A DNA stretch of 64,000 bases from Candidatus Caribbeanibacter nitroreducens (lineage in GTDB: Bacteria; Gemmatimonadota; Gemmatimonadetes; Palauibacterales; Palauibacteraceae), in assembly GCA_947581645.1 (NCBI GenBank), contig CANPVF010000142.1, positions 5,724-69,723 of the forward strand, given 5' to 3'. A program made the translations under genes and the position numbers. Under the pieces are notes generated by a model. It was not told where the DNA came from. It worked only from the letters and a program-made list of their open reading frames with translations, and ran no database searches. Each line of letters starts with the position of its first letter. Position 1 is the first letter of the stretch. Below are positions 30,460 to 39,427 of the stretch, piece by piece.

Positions 30460-31752
30460 CTACTCGTAGCGCAGGGCGTCCACCGGGTCCAGGCGCGCGG
30501 CTCGGGAGGCAGGGTACAGGCCGAAGCCCACGCCGGTCAACGCGGCCACGCCCAGCGCGGCGACCACGGCCCACGCCGGCACGCTGGCCGGGATCGGAGT
30601 CCACCGCGTCACGGCTGCCACGATGCCCCCGCCGAGCAGCAGCCCGACCCCGCCGCCGATCAGCGTGAGGGTCGAGGCCTCCACCAGGAACTGCCAGAGC
30701 ACGTCCCGGCGCCGGGCGCCCAGGGCCTTGCGGAGCCCGATCTCCCGGGTCCGCTCGGTGACCGAGATCATCATGATCCCCACCACCCCGACGCCGCCCA
30801 CCAGCAGCCCCACGCTGGACAGCGCCACCATCACGGTGAAGAGGACGGAGGTCAGGTCGTTCCAGATGCTGAGCACCTCGTCCTGGGTGATGAGAGCGAA
30901 GTTGTCGTCCTGTCCGGGCCGGAGGCCTCGGAGCTGGCGCATCTTGCCCCGGACGCGGTCGATCGCCACGGGAAGGGCAGTGGAGTCCTCGGGGCGCACG
31001 ACGATGAACACCAGGCGCTCCCAGACGTCGAGGTACCTCCACGCGGCGTAGAAAGGCACGTACGTGAAGTGCGACGCCAGCCCGGCGAACAGGTTCGCCG
31101 GCGGCCGGTACGTGCCGATCACCTCGAAGGGGCTGCCGGCCTCGCTCCCGCCGTCCGCCGCGGAGCCCCGGCCGCCGGAGATCCTCAGGCGCTGGCTCAG
31201 CGGGTCCAGGCCTCCGAACAGGTCCTCCGCCACGGCGGAATCCACCAGCGCCACCGGCCGGCCGCGACGCGCCTCGGACCGGGTGAAGGAGCGCCCGCCG
31301 GTGACCGTACCCCCGTTGAACTCGAGCCAGCTCGAGGCCACGGCCTGCAGCTGTACGTCGACCTGCCGACCCCCGGCTCTCGCCGAGTAGCCCGCGCCGG
31401 ACAGGTCCGCCAGGGGCGCGGCCTCCTCGATTCCGTCCAGCTGATCGATCTCCTCCGCCCATCCGGGTCGGATGGGCGGGTTGGACATGAACTCGGACTC
31501 CTCCTCCTCGAGTCCGGTCTGTACGCCACCACCGCCGGCCGGGGCGTGGCTCACGTAGAACGTGTTGACGCCCTGGGCGGAGATGAGCTCCTCGAAGCTG
31601 TCGTCCACGCCCCGGATGACGGCGGCCATCACCATGACCACCAGGACGCCGATGGCCACGCCGAGGATCGTGAGCCCGCTCCGGACCTTGTTGGCCCGCA
31701 GGGACTCCAGCGCGATCCGGACGCCCTCGCGGAGGGCGGTCAGCGGCCGCAT
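30460..31752 (-). CDS. ABC-transporter permease, MacB/FtsX family (permease only)
   Basis: 430 aa. Has N-terminal TM LRANKVRSGLTILGVAIGVLVV, a periplasmic domain, and a C-terminal FtsX 3-TM module with REIGLRKALGARRRD. Confidence 0.88.
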   Translation of the reverse strand: MRPLTALREGVRIALESLRANKVRSGLTILGVAIGVLVVMVMAAVIRGVDDSFEELISAQGVNTFYVSHAPAGGGGVQTGLEEEESEFMSNPPIRPGWAEEIDQLDGIEEAAPLADLSGAGYSARAGGRQVDVQLQAVASSWLEFNGGTVTGGRSFTRSEARRGRPVALVDSAVAEDLFGGLDPLSQRLRISGGRGSAADGGSEAGSPFEVIGTYRPPANLFAGLASHFTYVPFYAAWRYLDVWERLVFIVVRPEDSTALPVAIDRVRGKMRQLRGLRPGQDDNFALITQDEVLSIWNDLTSVLFTVMVALSSVGLLVGGVGVVGIMMISVTERTREIGLRKALGARRRDVLWQFLVEASTLTLIGGGVGLLLGGGIVAAVTRWTPIPASVPAWAVVAALGVAALTGVGFGLYPASRAARLDPVDALRYE

Positions 31753-31755
31753 CGG

Positions 31756-33000
31756 CTACTCCGACCGCAGCGCGTCGATGGGGTCCAGGCGGGCGGCACG
31801 CCGGGCCGGGTAGAGACCGGACAGCAGCCCGACGCCGGTGCCCAGCGCCACGGCCAGCGCCAGGGACCAGCCCGGCACGTGGGCGGGCAACGGCGTGGCG
31901 GCCTCCACGGCCCGGGCCAGGCCCACGCCGGCCCCGATGCCCAGGAGGGCTCCGACTCCGGCCAGCGTGGCCGACTCGGCCAGGAACTGGAGCGTGATGT
32001 CCCGCTGGCGGGCGCCGAGGGCCTTCCGGAGGCCGATCTCCTGCGTCCGCTGGGCCACCGAGACGAGCATGATGTTCATGATCACGATGCCTCCCACCAC
32101 CAGGGAGATGGACACCAGCCCCGGCAGCGCGGTGAGGAGGATCGTGTTGATCTGGTCCCAGGCGCTCAGGAGGTCGCTGGAGGTCTGGAGGTGGAAGTCG
32201 TTCGGCTCCGACGGTCGCAGGCGCCGGTCGGCCCGCAGCGCCCCCTCCACGCGGGACATCAGGTCGTCCATGGCGGCGCTGCTCTCCGCCTGCACGTGGA
32301 TCTCGTCCACCCGGTTCCGTTCCCGGGAGAGGGTCTCGTTGTAGGTCCGGAACGGCATCAGCACCGCGGCGTCCAGGACGTTGCCCAGGAGCCCTCCCTG
32401 CCGCTCGAAGACCCCGACCACGCGGTACCGCTGTCCTCCGAGCCGGACGGGCTTCCCCAGGGGATCGCCGGCCGGGAAGAGACGCTCTTCCAGGGCCGCG
32501 CCGATGACGACGCCCCGCAGCCCCCGCTGGTAGTCCAGGGGCGAGAGCCCGCGCCCGCTGGCGATCTCCCACCCCTGGATCTCGGCGTAGCCCGCCGAGC
32601 CGCCGATGGCCCGAATGTTGGCGCGGCGCCGGTCCTCGTACCGGATGTCCGAGAGCCGACGGTCGGCTCCGAAGGCCACCGCGGACGCGCCGGGGGCCGC
32701 GCTCCGCACGACCCCGACGTCCTGCAGGTCCAGGTAGGGGCTCCGGGCCCAGCGCCTCCGCTCCGTGTCGGAGGCGGGGCCCGTCTGCACCTGGGGGCGG
32801 CGGACGACGGTGAAGGTGTTCACGCCGAAGATGGAGCCCGCCAGGTCCTCCTCCACGTACCGGTTCATTCCCTCCACCATGGTGATCACGGCGATCAGGA
32901 AGGTGATGCCGATGATCACGCCCAGCAGGGAGAAGAAGGACTTGAGCTTGTGGGCCCAGATCTGTGAGAGGGCCAGCCGGACGCCGTCCAGGAAGCTCAC
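31756..33000 (-). CDS. ABC-transporter permease, MacB/FtsX family (permease only)
   Basis: 414 aa. Contains HKLKSFFSLLGVIIGITFLIAV and QEIGLRKALGARQRD. It is a paralog of the adjacent permease. Confidence 0.88.
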   Translation of the reverse strand: MSFLDGVRLALSQIWAHKLKSFFSLLGVIIGITFLIAVITMVEGMNRYVEEDLAGSIFGVNTFTVVRRPQVQTGPASDTERRRWARSPYLDLQDVGVVRSAAPGASAVAFGADRRLSDIRYEDRRRANIRAIGGSAGYAEIQGWEIASGRGLSPLDYQRGLRGVVIGAALEERLFPAGDPLGKPVRLGGQRYRVVGVFERQGGLLGNVLDAAVLMPFRTYNETLSRERNRVDEIHVQAESSAAMDDLMSRVEGALRADRRLRPSEPNDFHLQTSSDLLSAWDQINTILLTALPGLVSISLVVGGIVIMNIMLVSVAQRTQEIGLRKALGARQRDITLQFLAESATLAGVGALLGIGAGVGLARAVEAATPLPAHVPGWSLALAVALGTGVGLLSGLYPARRAARLDPIDALRSE

Positions 33001-33012
33001 GCGTGCCCCGCT

Positions 33013-34317
33013 TCAGCTCCCGTTCCGGGAGGTGTCACTGCCGGTGCTGCCGTCCCCGTTCCCGTTTCCGTCGGCCGTCTCTCCGGTCCGCCGCACGCGG
33101 CTGCCGGGCTCCAGCTGGCGGATGGCCTCGTAGGGGCCGGACACCACCGTGTCGTCCTCGGAGAGTCCCGACTCCACCTCGAAGTGGCTCTCTCCCGCCA
33201 CGCCCACGTCTATGGGCCGGAAGACCACCGAGTCGCCGCGGACCACGAAGACCCCCTCGACGCCCTCGCCGGACTGCCGGGCCCCGGCCGGGATCTCCGC
33301 GTCCGGCCCGAGGTCCAGCTGCTCCCGGGTGCGGAGCGTGAGAGCGATGATGGGAATGGCCAGGGCGTCCTCGCGCACGGCGGTGATGATGTCGCCGGTG
33401 GCCGACAGGTCCGGCCGGATGCCGGCGGGAGGATCCCGGAGGGCCACGCGGACCTCGAAGTCCACGGCCTGGTCGCCGCCCCCGGCCTGGCCACGGGCCC
33501 CCTGGACCGACGAGTTGCTGATCTTCCGCACGCGACCCGCGATCGTGCCGTCCGGGAAGGCGTCGACCTCCACCGAGGCCGAGTCGCCCACCGAGACCCG
33601 GGGGATGTCGGTCTCGTCCACCTCGAGGACGGCCTCCATGTCCCCCAGGTCCGAGATCGTGAGGAGGAGGCTGCCGGGGTTGTTCATGGTACCCACGACG
33701 GCGGTCTCCCCCACGTCCACGTTGAGCCGCGTCACCCGTCCGGTCATCGGCGCGCGGATCGTCGTCTTCTCCAGGCGGTCCCGGGCCTCGTTGAGCGCCG
33801 CCCGGGCCTGCTCCACGGCGTGCTGGGCCGCGTTCCACTCCGCCCGTGCGAGCTCGGCGTCGGTCTCGGCCGCCTCCGCCTCGTCCTCCGTGACGTAGTT
33901 CTCGCCGGCGTCCCGAAGCTTCCGGGTCCGCTCCCAGGCGCGGCTGGCCCGCCGGTACGCCGCCTCCGCCCGCGCCTCCCGGGCCTCGGCCTCGGCGACG
34001 GCGGCCTCGGCCTTCCGGACGGCGGCGCGGTACTGCGTGGGGTCGATCCGGAGCAGGAGGTCGCCCTCCTCCACCTCCTGTCCCTCCTCCACGGGGAGCT
34101 CGACGATGCGTCCCGCGATGTCGGCGCTGATCTCCACCGCCCGGCGGGCCTCCACGTGTCCCGTGGCGGTGACGCGCGAGACCAGGTCCCGCCGGCCCAC
34201 CTCCTCGGTGCGGACGTCCACCCGCTCCCCGCGCGGCTGACGGATGGCCATGTAGGCCATCACGCCCAGGAGCGCCGCGACGCCGATGCCGATCAGGACT
34301 TTCTTCCTCGTGGTCAT
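33013..34317 (-). CDS. Efflux periplasmic adaptor (HlyD/MacA membrane-fusion family)
   Basis: 434 aa. Has an N-terminal TM segment, the lipoyl-like motif ISADIAGRIVELPVEEGQEVEEGDLLLRIDP, a coiled-coil hairpin, and a beta-barrel. Confidence 0.88.
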   Translation of the reverse strand: MTTRKKVLIGIGVAALLGVMAYMAIRQPRGERVDVRTEEVGRRDLVSRVTATGHVEARRAVEISADIAGRIVELPVEEGQEVEEGDLLLRIDPTQYRAAVRKAEAAVAEAEAREARAEAAYRRASRAWERTRKLRDAGENYVTEDEAEAAETDAELARAEWNAAQHAVEQARAALNEARDRLEKTTIRAPMTGRVTRLNVDVGETAVVGTMNNPGSLLLTISDLGDMEAVLEVDETDIPRVSVGDSASVEVDAFPDGTIAGRVRKISNSSVQGARGQAGGGDQAVDFEVRVALRDPPAGIRPDLSATGDIITAVREDALAIPIIALTLRTREQLDLGPDAEIPAGARQSGEGVEGVFVVRGDSVVFRPIDVGVAGESHFEVESGLSEDDTVVSGPYEAIRQLEPGSRVRRTGETADGNGNGDGSTGSDTSRNGS

Positions 34318-34369
34318 GCTTTCGGAGGAGTTGAACCGAGAAGGGGCGACGGAGCGGGGCCGGAGGGGG

Positions 34370-35113
34370 TCACGCCGGCGTCGGCGCCATGCCGCCCATC
34401 ACGGCCCCCAGCGCCACGTAGACGACGTAGATGACGATCATCACGGAGACGGCGGAGCCCGGGGACCGGTTGTCGTACAGGCGGCTCACTGCCACGCCCA
34501 TGATTCCGGCGCCGGCCAGGCCGAAGACGTTCAGGCCGCGCAGGAGCCGGAAGGCGAAGGTGCCGGTCTCCAGGGCGGGGAACAGGAGGTGGAGCGACAG
34601 CGTCGTCTGCACGTCCCCGGTGGAGAGGATCAGGGGCAGCGTGACGAGGGTGCCCACGGTGGGCACGAGCATCATGTGAGCCGTGGCGGAGAACAGCTGC
34701 CGGTAGGTCGAGCGTCCTCCGAGCACCAGGGTGAAGACCAGGTGCGCCACGCCGGCCACCACGGCGGCTCCGAAGAAGGGGCCGACCACGGCGGCGACGA
34801 TCCGGAACCAGCTCATCCACCCGGTCATCTGCTCCATCTGCTCCGGGTCCGCCCCCTCCGGGGCCTGCTGCATCATGGCCTCCCGGAGCAGATCCTCCGG
34901 AATGAGGAGGGTGTAGGCCACGCTGAGGGCCACCACCAGGAGCATGGCGTCCAGCCAGACCGGGTTCTCCCGCAGCCGGTCGAAGAGCTCGCCGGGCGAG
35001 ACGAAGACCTGCACCGCGCGCTTCGACAGCCCCGGCAGGTCGGACTCCCCCTCGCCGCGGTCGGCTCCGGAGGAGGCAGACGCGGGCGGCCGGTCGTCGG
35101 GACTCGGACTCAT
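34370..35113 (-). CDS. Yip1-domain-like polytopic membrane protein
   Basis: 247 aa. Has a soluble acidic N-terminus followed by about 5 TM segments. The family was assigned by eye. Confidence 0.6.
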   Translation of the reverse strand: MSPSPDDRPPASASSGADRGEGESDLPGLSKRAVQVFVSPGELFDRLRENPVWLDAMLLVVALSVAYTLLIPEDLLREAMMQQAPEGADPEQMEQMTGWMSWFRIVAAVVGPFFGAAVVAGVAHLVFTLVLGGRSTYRQLFSATAHMMLVPTVGTLVTLPLILSTGDVQTTLSLHLLFPALETGTFAFRLLRGLNVFGLAGAGIMGVAVSRLYDNRSPGSAVSVMIVIYVVYVALGAVMGGMAPTPA

Positions 35114-35132
35114 GCGGTCGACTCCTCGATGG

Positions 35133-35888
35133 TCACGGCTGATTCGTCGGCTCGTCCCCGAGCGCGTCTCCGCCTGCGGACGGACCGTTCCCGGCCGTCC
35201 GGACGGCGACCCAGTCGTCGGCCGGGATCTCCACGCGGAGGATCCGCCCCTCCGGGCCGCGCCACACGAGACGGCGTTCCTCCCCCACGGTGATCTCCCA
35301 GCGGGTGGCCGGCCGGCGCCCGCCGCCGGCCCGGACCGTGTCCGCCCGCTGGCTCCCGATCCGGATCCGGCGCTCCACCCCTTCCATGGGCAGCAGGGCG
35401 GTCAGACGCTGCTCGTCGGCCCGCTGACGGAAGAGGAAGTGGTGGAAATGTACGAAGCCGGAGGGGAGGATCACGAGTCCCGACGGGACCAGGAACTCCT
35501 TCCAGCGCTCGCCCTCGGCCGCCCGGGTCCGCAGCCGGAAGCGCTGGCCGCTCCGGACGCCGACGAGGCTCAGGTCGTCTCCCCGCTGGACCTGGAGCTC
35601 GAAGAGCACGGGTTCGTGCTCCTCGTCGGTCTGGAGGCGCGCCTCCACGATGCGATCCGAGAGGAGCGCCGTGTCCCGACCCGTGGTCAGGCGAGCCACC
35701 GACCGGAGGGAGGACGCCTCCCGGCGGATGGCGAACACCTCGGTCCCCACGCTCTGACCCGCCCGGGTGATGCGGAAGCGGCCGCTGTCCACCTGGCGAC
35801 CGCCCTGGGCATGGAGGGGAGTCGCGACCCCGGTGATCGCCACCATCACGGCCAGCGCCTGGAGGAGCGCCGGTCGGACCGGCCTCAC
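35133..35888 (-). CDS. Hypothetical exported protein
   Basis: The GTG at 35888 overlaps the upstream stop (GTGA). Signal peptide is LLQALAVMVAITGVATPLHAQG. GC3 is high. No family was recognised. Confidence 0.55.
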   Translation of the reverse strand: MRPVRPALLQALAVMVAITGVATPLHAQGGRQVDSGRFRITRAGQSVGTEVFAIRREASSLRSVARLTTGRDTALLSDRIVEARLQTDEEHEPVLFELQVQRGDDLSLVGVRSGQRFRLRTRAAEGERWKEFLVPSGLVILPSGFVHFHHFLFRQRADEQRLTALLPMEGVERRIRIGSQRADTVRAGGGRRPATRWEITVGEERRLVWRGPEGRILRVEIPADDWVAVRTAGNGPSAGGDALGDEPTNQP

Positions 35889-36631
35889 GACTCGCTCCCG
35901 TCCGCCAGGACCCGATCGCCGATGAACTCCACCAGGTACCGGAACGTCCGGCGGCCCTTCTCGGCCGTGGCCAGGGAGGGAGTTCCCACGACGCCGGGGC
36001 TCCCCCGCTCCGGCACCGGCTCCTCTCCCACCACGCGTCTCCCCTGGTCCGACGGGTCCAGCGGAGCGTCGGCGATCTCGTCCCTGCGGACCAGGTCGGG
36101 GGCCAGGTGGAGCATCAGCGACGTCTCCAGCTCGCCGCCGTGCTGCTCGCCGGTTCTTCCCTCCAGGAAGTCGCCGAGGTCCACGGAATGGATGTCCACG
36201 GACCGAACCCGGGAGCGCTCGCTCACCACCGTGGCCATGGCGGCGATGTGGGGGCCGTAGCCGTGGGACGTGAGGAGGATGAACTCGTCCACCCCCTGGG
36301 TCTCCCAGACCCCCACGAGGTCGTTGAGGCCCCGGTGCAGCGTCTTGCGCCCGATGGACGACGTCCCCGCGTACTCCTGCTCCACCCGGGAGACCACCCC
36401 GTAGGGGAGCGTCGGGGCCACCAGCACCCCGTGCCTGGCGGAGAGGGCGTCCGCCAGCCGGGTGACGACGATCGAGTCCGTGGCCAGGGGGAGATGGGGG
36501 CCGTGCTGCAGGGTCGAGCCGATGGGAAGGAGCAGCCGGGCGTCGCCCCGGAGATGCGAGGCGACCTCGGTCCACGGGAGCTCGTCCAGACGAACGGCCC
36601 CCTGCGTTCCCGACGATTCGGCTACGGTCAT
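35885..36631 (-). CDS. Creatininase-family amidohydrolase
   Basis: ATG at 36631. Contains LLLPIGSTLQHGPHLPLATD, LTSHGYGPH, and GGELETSLMLHL. Confidence 0.8.
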   Translation of the reverse strand: MTVAESSGTQGAVRLDELPWTEVASHLRGDARLLLPIGSTLQHGPHLPLATDSIVVTRLADALSARHGVLVAPTLPYGVVSRVEQEYAGTSSIGRKTLHRGLNDLVGVWETQGVDEFILLTSHGYGPHIAAMATVVSERSRVRSVDIHSVDLGDFLEGRTGEQHGGELETSLMLHLAPDLVRRDEIADAPLDPSDQGRRVVGEEPVPERGSPGVVGTPSLATAEKGRRTFRYLVEFIGDRVLADGSES

Positions 36632-36870
36632 CCTCCCGGCAGACTGGCGGCGAACGCGCCCCCTCGCAACCGCCGCGACCGCGTGCCGGCCGTCCATGCG
36701 CCGGGGCGCGGACGGGTCGGGAGCGGGGGCGGAGGGAAGCATGTGGCGGAGCGCTGAAGATAGCGCCCCCGCGCCGGGTCCGGAACCCGGTCTCCGCCAG
36801 CGGCCGTGGTGCCGGGCCACGAACGCGGCGACCGTTGAGGGTCGCCTGACCGGTGGCGACACCGTGGGGC

Positions 36871-38445
36871 ATGAGCAAGCTCGAGACCGTCCAGGCGGCG
36901 GCGATCGTGGGGATCCGGGTCCACCGGGTCCGCGTGGAGGTGGCCATTCGCCGGGGCACGCCCTCGATCCAGGTCGTGGGCCTGGCGGCCAGCGCGGTGC
37001 GGGAGGGGCGGCAGCGGATCCGGGCCGCGGCGTCGCGGATCGGGGTTCCGGTGCCGGGCCTCGGCATCACCGTGAACCTGGCGCCGGCGGACATGCGGAA
37101 GGACGGGTCGGCCTTCGACCTGCCGATCACGGTGGGGATCCTCGCGGCCGACGGCGAGATTCCGCCCATGCGCCTCCGGCGCTACGCCCTGGTGGGCGAG
37201 CTAGGCCTGGACGGCAGCCTCCGTCCGATCCGGGGCGCACTTCCCGTGGCCCTACACTTCCAGGAGGCGGAGGACGTGGAGGGGCTGATCCTGCCGCGTG
37301 CGAACCTGGCGGAGACGAGGCCGGCGGACGGCACCGACGTGCGGGGCGCCGCGGGGCTGCGGGAGGTGGTGGACTTCCTGTGCGGCCGGGGCGATCTGCC
37401 CTCGGCCCGCGACCTGGAGCCGGCGGGCCAGGCTCCGGTGGAAGCGGAGGGAGACCTGGCGGACGTCCGCGGGCAGGCCCGGGCGAAGCGCGCCCTGGTC
37501 GTGGCCGCCGCCGGAGGGCACAACCTGCTGCTCCGGGGGGAGCCCGGAGCCGGAAAGACGATGCTCGCCCGCCGCCTGCCCGGTCTGCTCCCGGGGCTCT
37601 CGCCGGCGGAGGCGGTGGAGGCCACCGCCGTCCACAGCGTGGCCGGCCGGCTCTCCGACGGAAGGGACATCATCCGCCGCCCCCCGTTCCGGGCACCGCA
37701 CCACACGGTGAGCGTGGCCGGCCTGGCCGGCGGGGGAGCGGTCCCCCGGCCGGGGGAGGTCTCCCTGGCCCACCGGGGCGTCCTGTTCCTGGACGAGATG
37801 CCCCTGTACTCCCGTCAGGCGCTCGAGGTGCTGCGGCAGCCTCTGGAGGAGCGGCGCATCACCGTGGTCCGCGCCCGCGCCACGGCGACGTTCCCCGCCG
37901 ACTTCACCCTCGTCGCGGCGATGAATCCGTGTCCGTGCGGCTACGCCACGAGCCGGGACGACCGCTGCACCTGTCAGCCGCCCCAAGTGGCGCGCTACCT
38001 GCGCCGGGTGAGCGGACCTCTCCTGGACCGGATCGACCTGCAGGTGGAGGTCCCGGCGGTGGAGTGGGAGGAGCTCCGGGGCCGGCGGTCCGGTCCGACG
38101 ACGACAGCCGCGCGGGCCAGGGTGCGGGAGGCCAGGGCACGGGCCGCCGCGCGACTCGTCGGCGTCCGCCGGAACGGCGGATCGGGGAGCACCCGGGAGG
38201 TCCGCCGGTCGACCAACGCGGAGATGAGCGCCGACGACGTGCGACGGCACTGCGCCCTGGGGCCGGAGCCCCGGGCCCTGGTCCGCCGTGGCGTGGAGAA
38301 GCACGGCCTCAGCGCCCGCGGCTACCACCGGCTGCTCAGGGTCGCACGGACCGTGGCGGACCTGGAGGGGGCGGAGGAGATCGCGGCGGCGCACGTGGCG
38401 GAGGCGCTCCAGTACCGCCTGCCGGCACGCCGCTGCGGGCCCTGA
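36871..38445 (+). CDS. yifB: YifB/ComM-family Mg-chelatase-like AAA+ ATPase
   Basis: Contains VNLAPADMRKDGSAFDLPI, Walker A LLLRGEPGAGKTMLARRLPGLLP, GVLFLDEMP, and AAMNPCPCGY. An alternative GTG start lies at 36853. Confidence 0.93.
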   Translation: MSKLETVQAAAIVGIRVHRVRVEVAIRRGTPSIQVVGLAASAVREGRQRIRAAASRIGVPVPGLGITVNLAPADMRKDGSAFDLPITVGILAADGEIPPMRLRRYALVGELGLDGSLRPIRGALPVALHFQEAEDVEGLILPRANLAETRPADGTDVRGAAGLREVVDFLCGRGDLPSARDLEPAGQAPVEAEGDLADVRGQARAKRALVVAAAGGHNLLLRGEPGAGKTMLARRLPGLLPGLSPAEAVEATAVHSVAGRLSDGRDIIRRPPFRAPHHTVSVAGLAGGGAVPRPGEVSLAHRGVLFLDEMPLYSRQALEVLRQPLEERRITVVRARATATFPADFTLVAAMNPCPCGYATSRDDRCTCQPPQVARYLRRVSGPLLDRIDLQVEVPAVEWEELRGRRSGPTTTAARARVREARARAAARLVGVRRNGGSGSTREVRRSTNAEMSADDVRRHCALGPEPRALVRRGVEKHGLSARGYHRLLRVARTVADLEGAEEIAAAHVAEALQYRLPARRCGP

Positions 38446-38493
38446 CAGCCGGGCTTTCGGGCGCGCCTGCCGTCGGCTATCGTCGCGGCGCGG

Positions 38494-38625
38494 GCAGGGG
38501 TGCCGGGAGCGTTCCCGGCTGAGATCATACCCTCGCGGACCCCGGCCCCCTGGACGTGGAACTCGTCCCGGGGCAGGCCGTCGGACCGCGCGCACCTGAT
38601 CCGGATAATGCCGGCGCAGGGAGTC
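38494..38625 (+). promoter_or_regulatory. TPP (THI-box) riboswitch aptamer upstream of tenA
   Basis: AGGGGUGCC-(short P3)-GGCUGAGAUCAUACCC at 38496-38532, and ACCUGAUCCGGAUAAUGCCGGCGCAGGGA at 38594-38622. Downstream, the anti-SD cgctcctcg (38666-74) is perfectly complementary to the SD region cgaggagcg (38712-20), just before the GTG at 38725. Confidence 0.85.
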
Positions 38626-38724
38626 CCCACCGGAACTCCGCCGGACTTCGAACGGAGTTCGGACACGCTCCTCGGCGCTCCTGCCGCCCCGTCGAACCTC
38701 TCTCACGTCAGCGAGGAGCGAAGC

Positions 38725-39381
38725 GTGTCCTTCACCGACTCTCTACTGTCGCGTCACCGTGGGCTCTGGGCTCGCCTGGTGGAGCACCCGTTCGTGCTCC
38801 GCACGCGGGACGGCGACATGCCACCGGAGATCTTCAACACCTGGCTCCGGCAGGATTACCTCTTCGTCCGGGAGGGGCGATCGTTTCTGGGCCTGCTCCT
38901 GGCGCGCAGTCCGGAGCGGCTGCGGGACCCGCTGGCCGACGCGCTGGCCGCCCTGGGCGAGGAGCTCGATCTCTTCCGGGACCGGGCGGCGGCCCTGGGT
39001 GTCGACCTGGAGGACGTACGCCCCGGTCTCGTGAATCACGCCTTCGTCCAGTATCTGAAGGCCACGGCCCACGGCGCCAGCTACGGGTCGGCGTTCACCG
39101 CCTACTGGACGGCGGAGAAGGCGTACCACGAATGCTGGAAGGTGGTCGAGCCGGGGCTCCCGGCGGATTCCCCTCGCCGACCGCTGGTGGAGAACTGGGC
39201 CGGAGACGAGTTCGCGGGCTTCGTGGGGTGGCTCGGATCCGAGCTGGACGCCCTGGCGGAACAGGCCTCCGCCGCCGAGAGGGAGGCCATGGAGGGGCAC
39301 TTCGAGCGCACGGCCCGCTACGAGCTGGCCTTCTGGGAGATGGCGCTCGAGGGGCCCGGCTGGCCCGGGCTGGAGGGCTGA
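38725..39381 (+). CDS. tenA: TenA-family thiaminase II / aminopyrimidine aminohydrolase
   Basis: GTG at 38725 after a GAGGAG RBS. Contains LWARLVEHPFV, FNTWLRQDYLFV, YTAYWTAEKAY, and ELAFWEMA. Confidence 0.88.
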   Translation: MSFTDSLLSRHRGLWARLVEHPFVLRTRDGDMPPEIFNTWLRQDYLFVREGRSFLGLLLARSPERLRDPLADALAALGEELDLFRDRAAALGVDLEDVRPGLVNHAFVQYLKATAHGASYGSAFTAYWTAEKAYHECWKVVEPGLPADSPRRPLVENWAGDEFAGFVGWLGSELDALAEQASAAEREAMEGHFERTARYELAFWEMALEGPGWPGLEG

Positions 39382-39388
39382 TCACCTT

Positions 39389-39426
39389 TCTGGGGCCGGG
39401 GGGCGGCTCTGGGGCCGGGGGGCGGC
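39389..39426. repeat. Perfect 19-nt tandem duplication (tctggggccggggggcggc x2) filling the tenA/pabA convergent spacer
   Basis: Read directly: 39389-39407 is identical to 39408-39426. It contains four G runs of at least 4 on the plus strand. Confidence 0.9.
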
Positions 39427-39427
39427 G

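Noticed and set aside
29636-32572. A 978-aa minus-strand ORF that would fuse the PIG-L deacetylase to a huge N-terminal region.
   Set aside because: Only the last 254 codons, from the ATG at 30397, look like a real protein. Upstream, the frame runs out of frame through the two well-supported FtsX permease genes and translates to R/G/P-rich low-complexity sequence.
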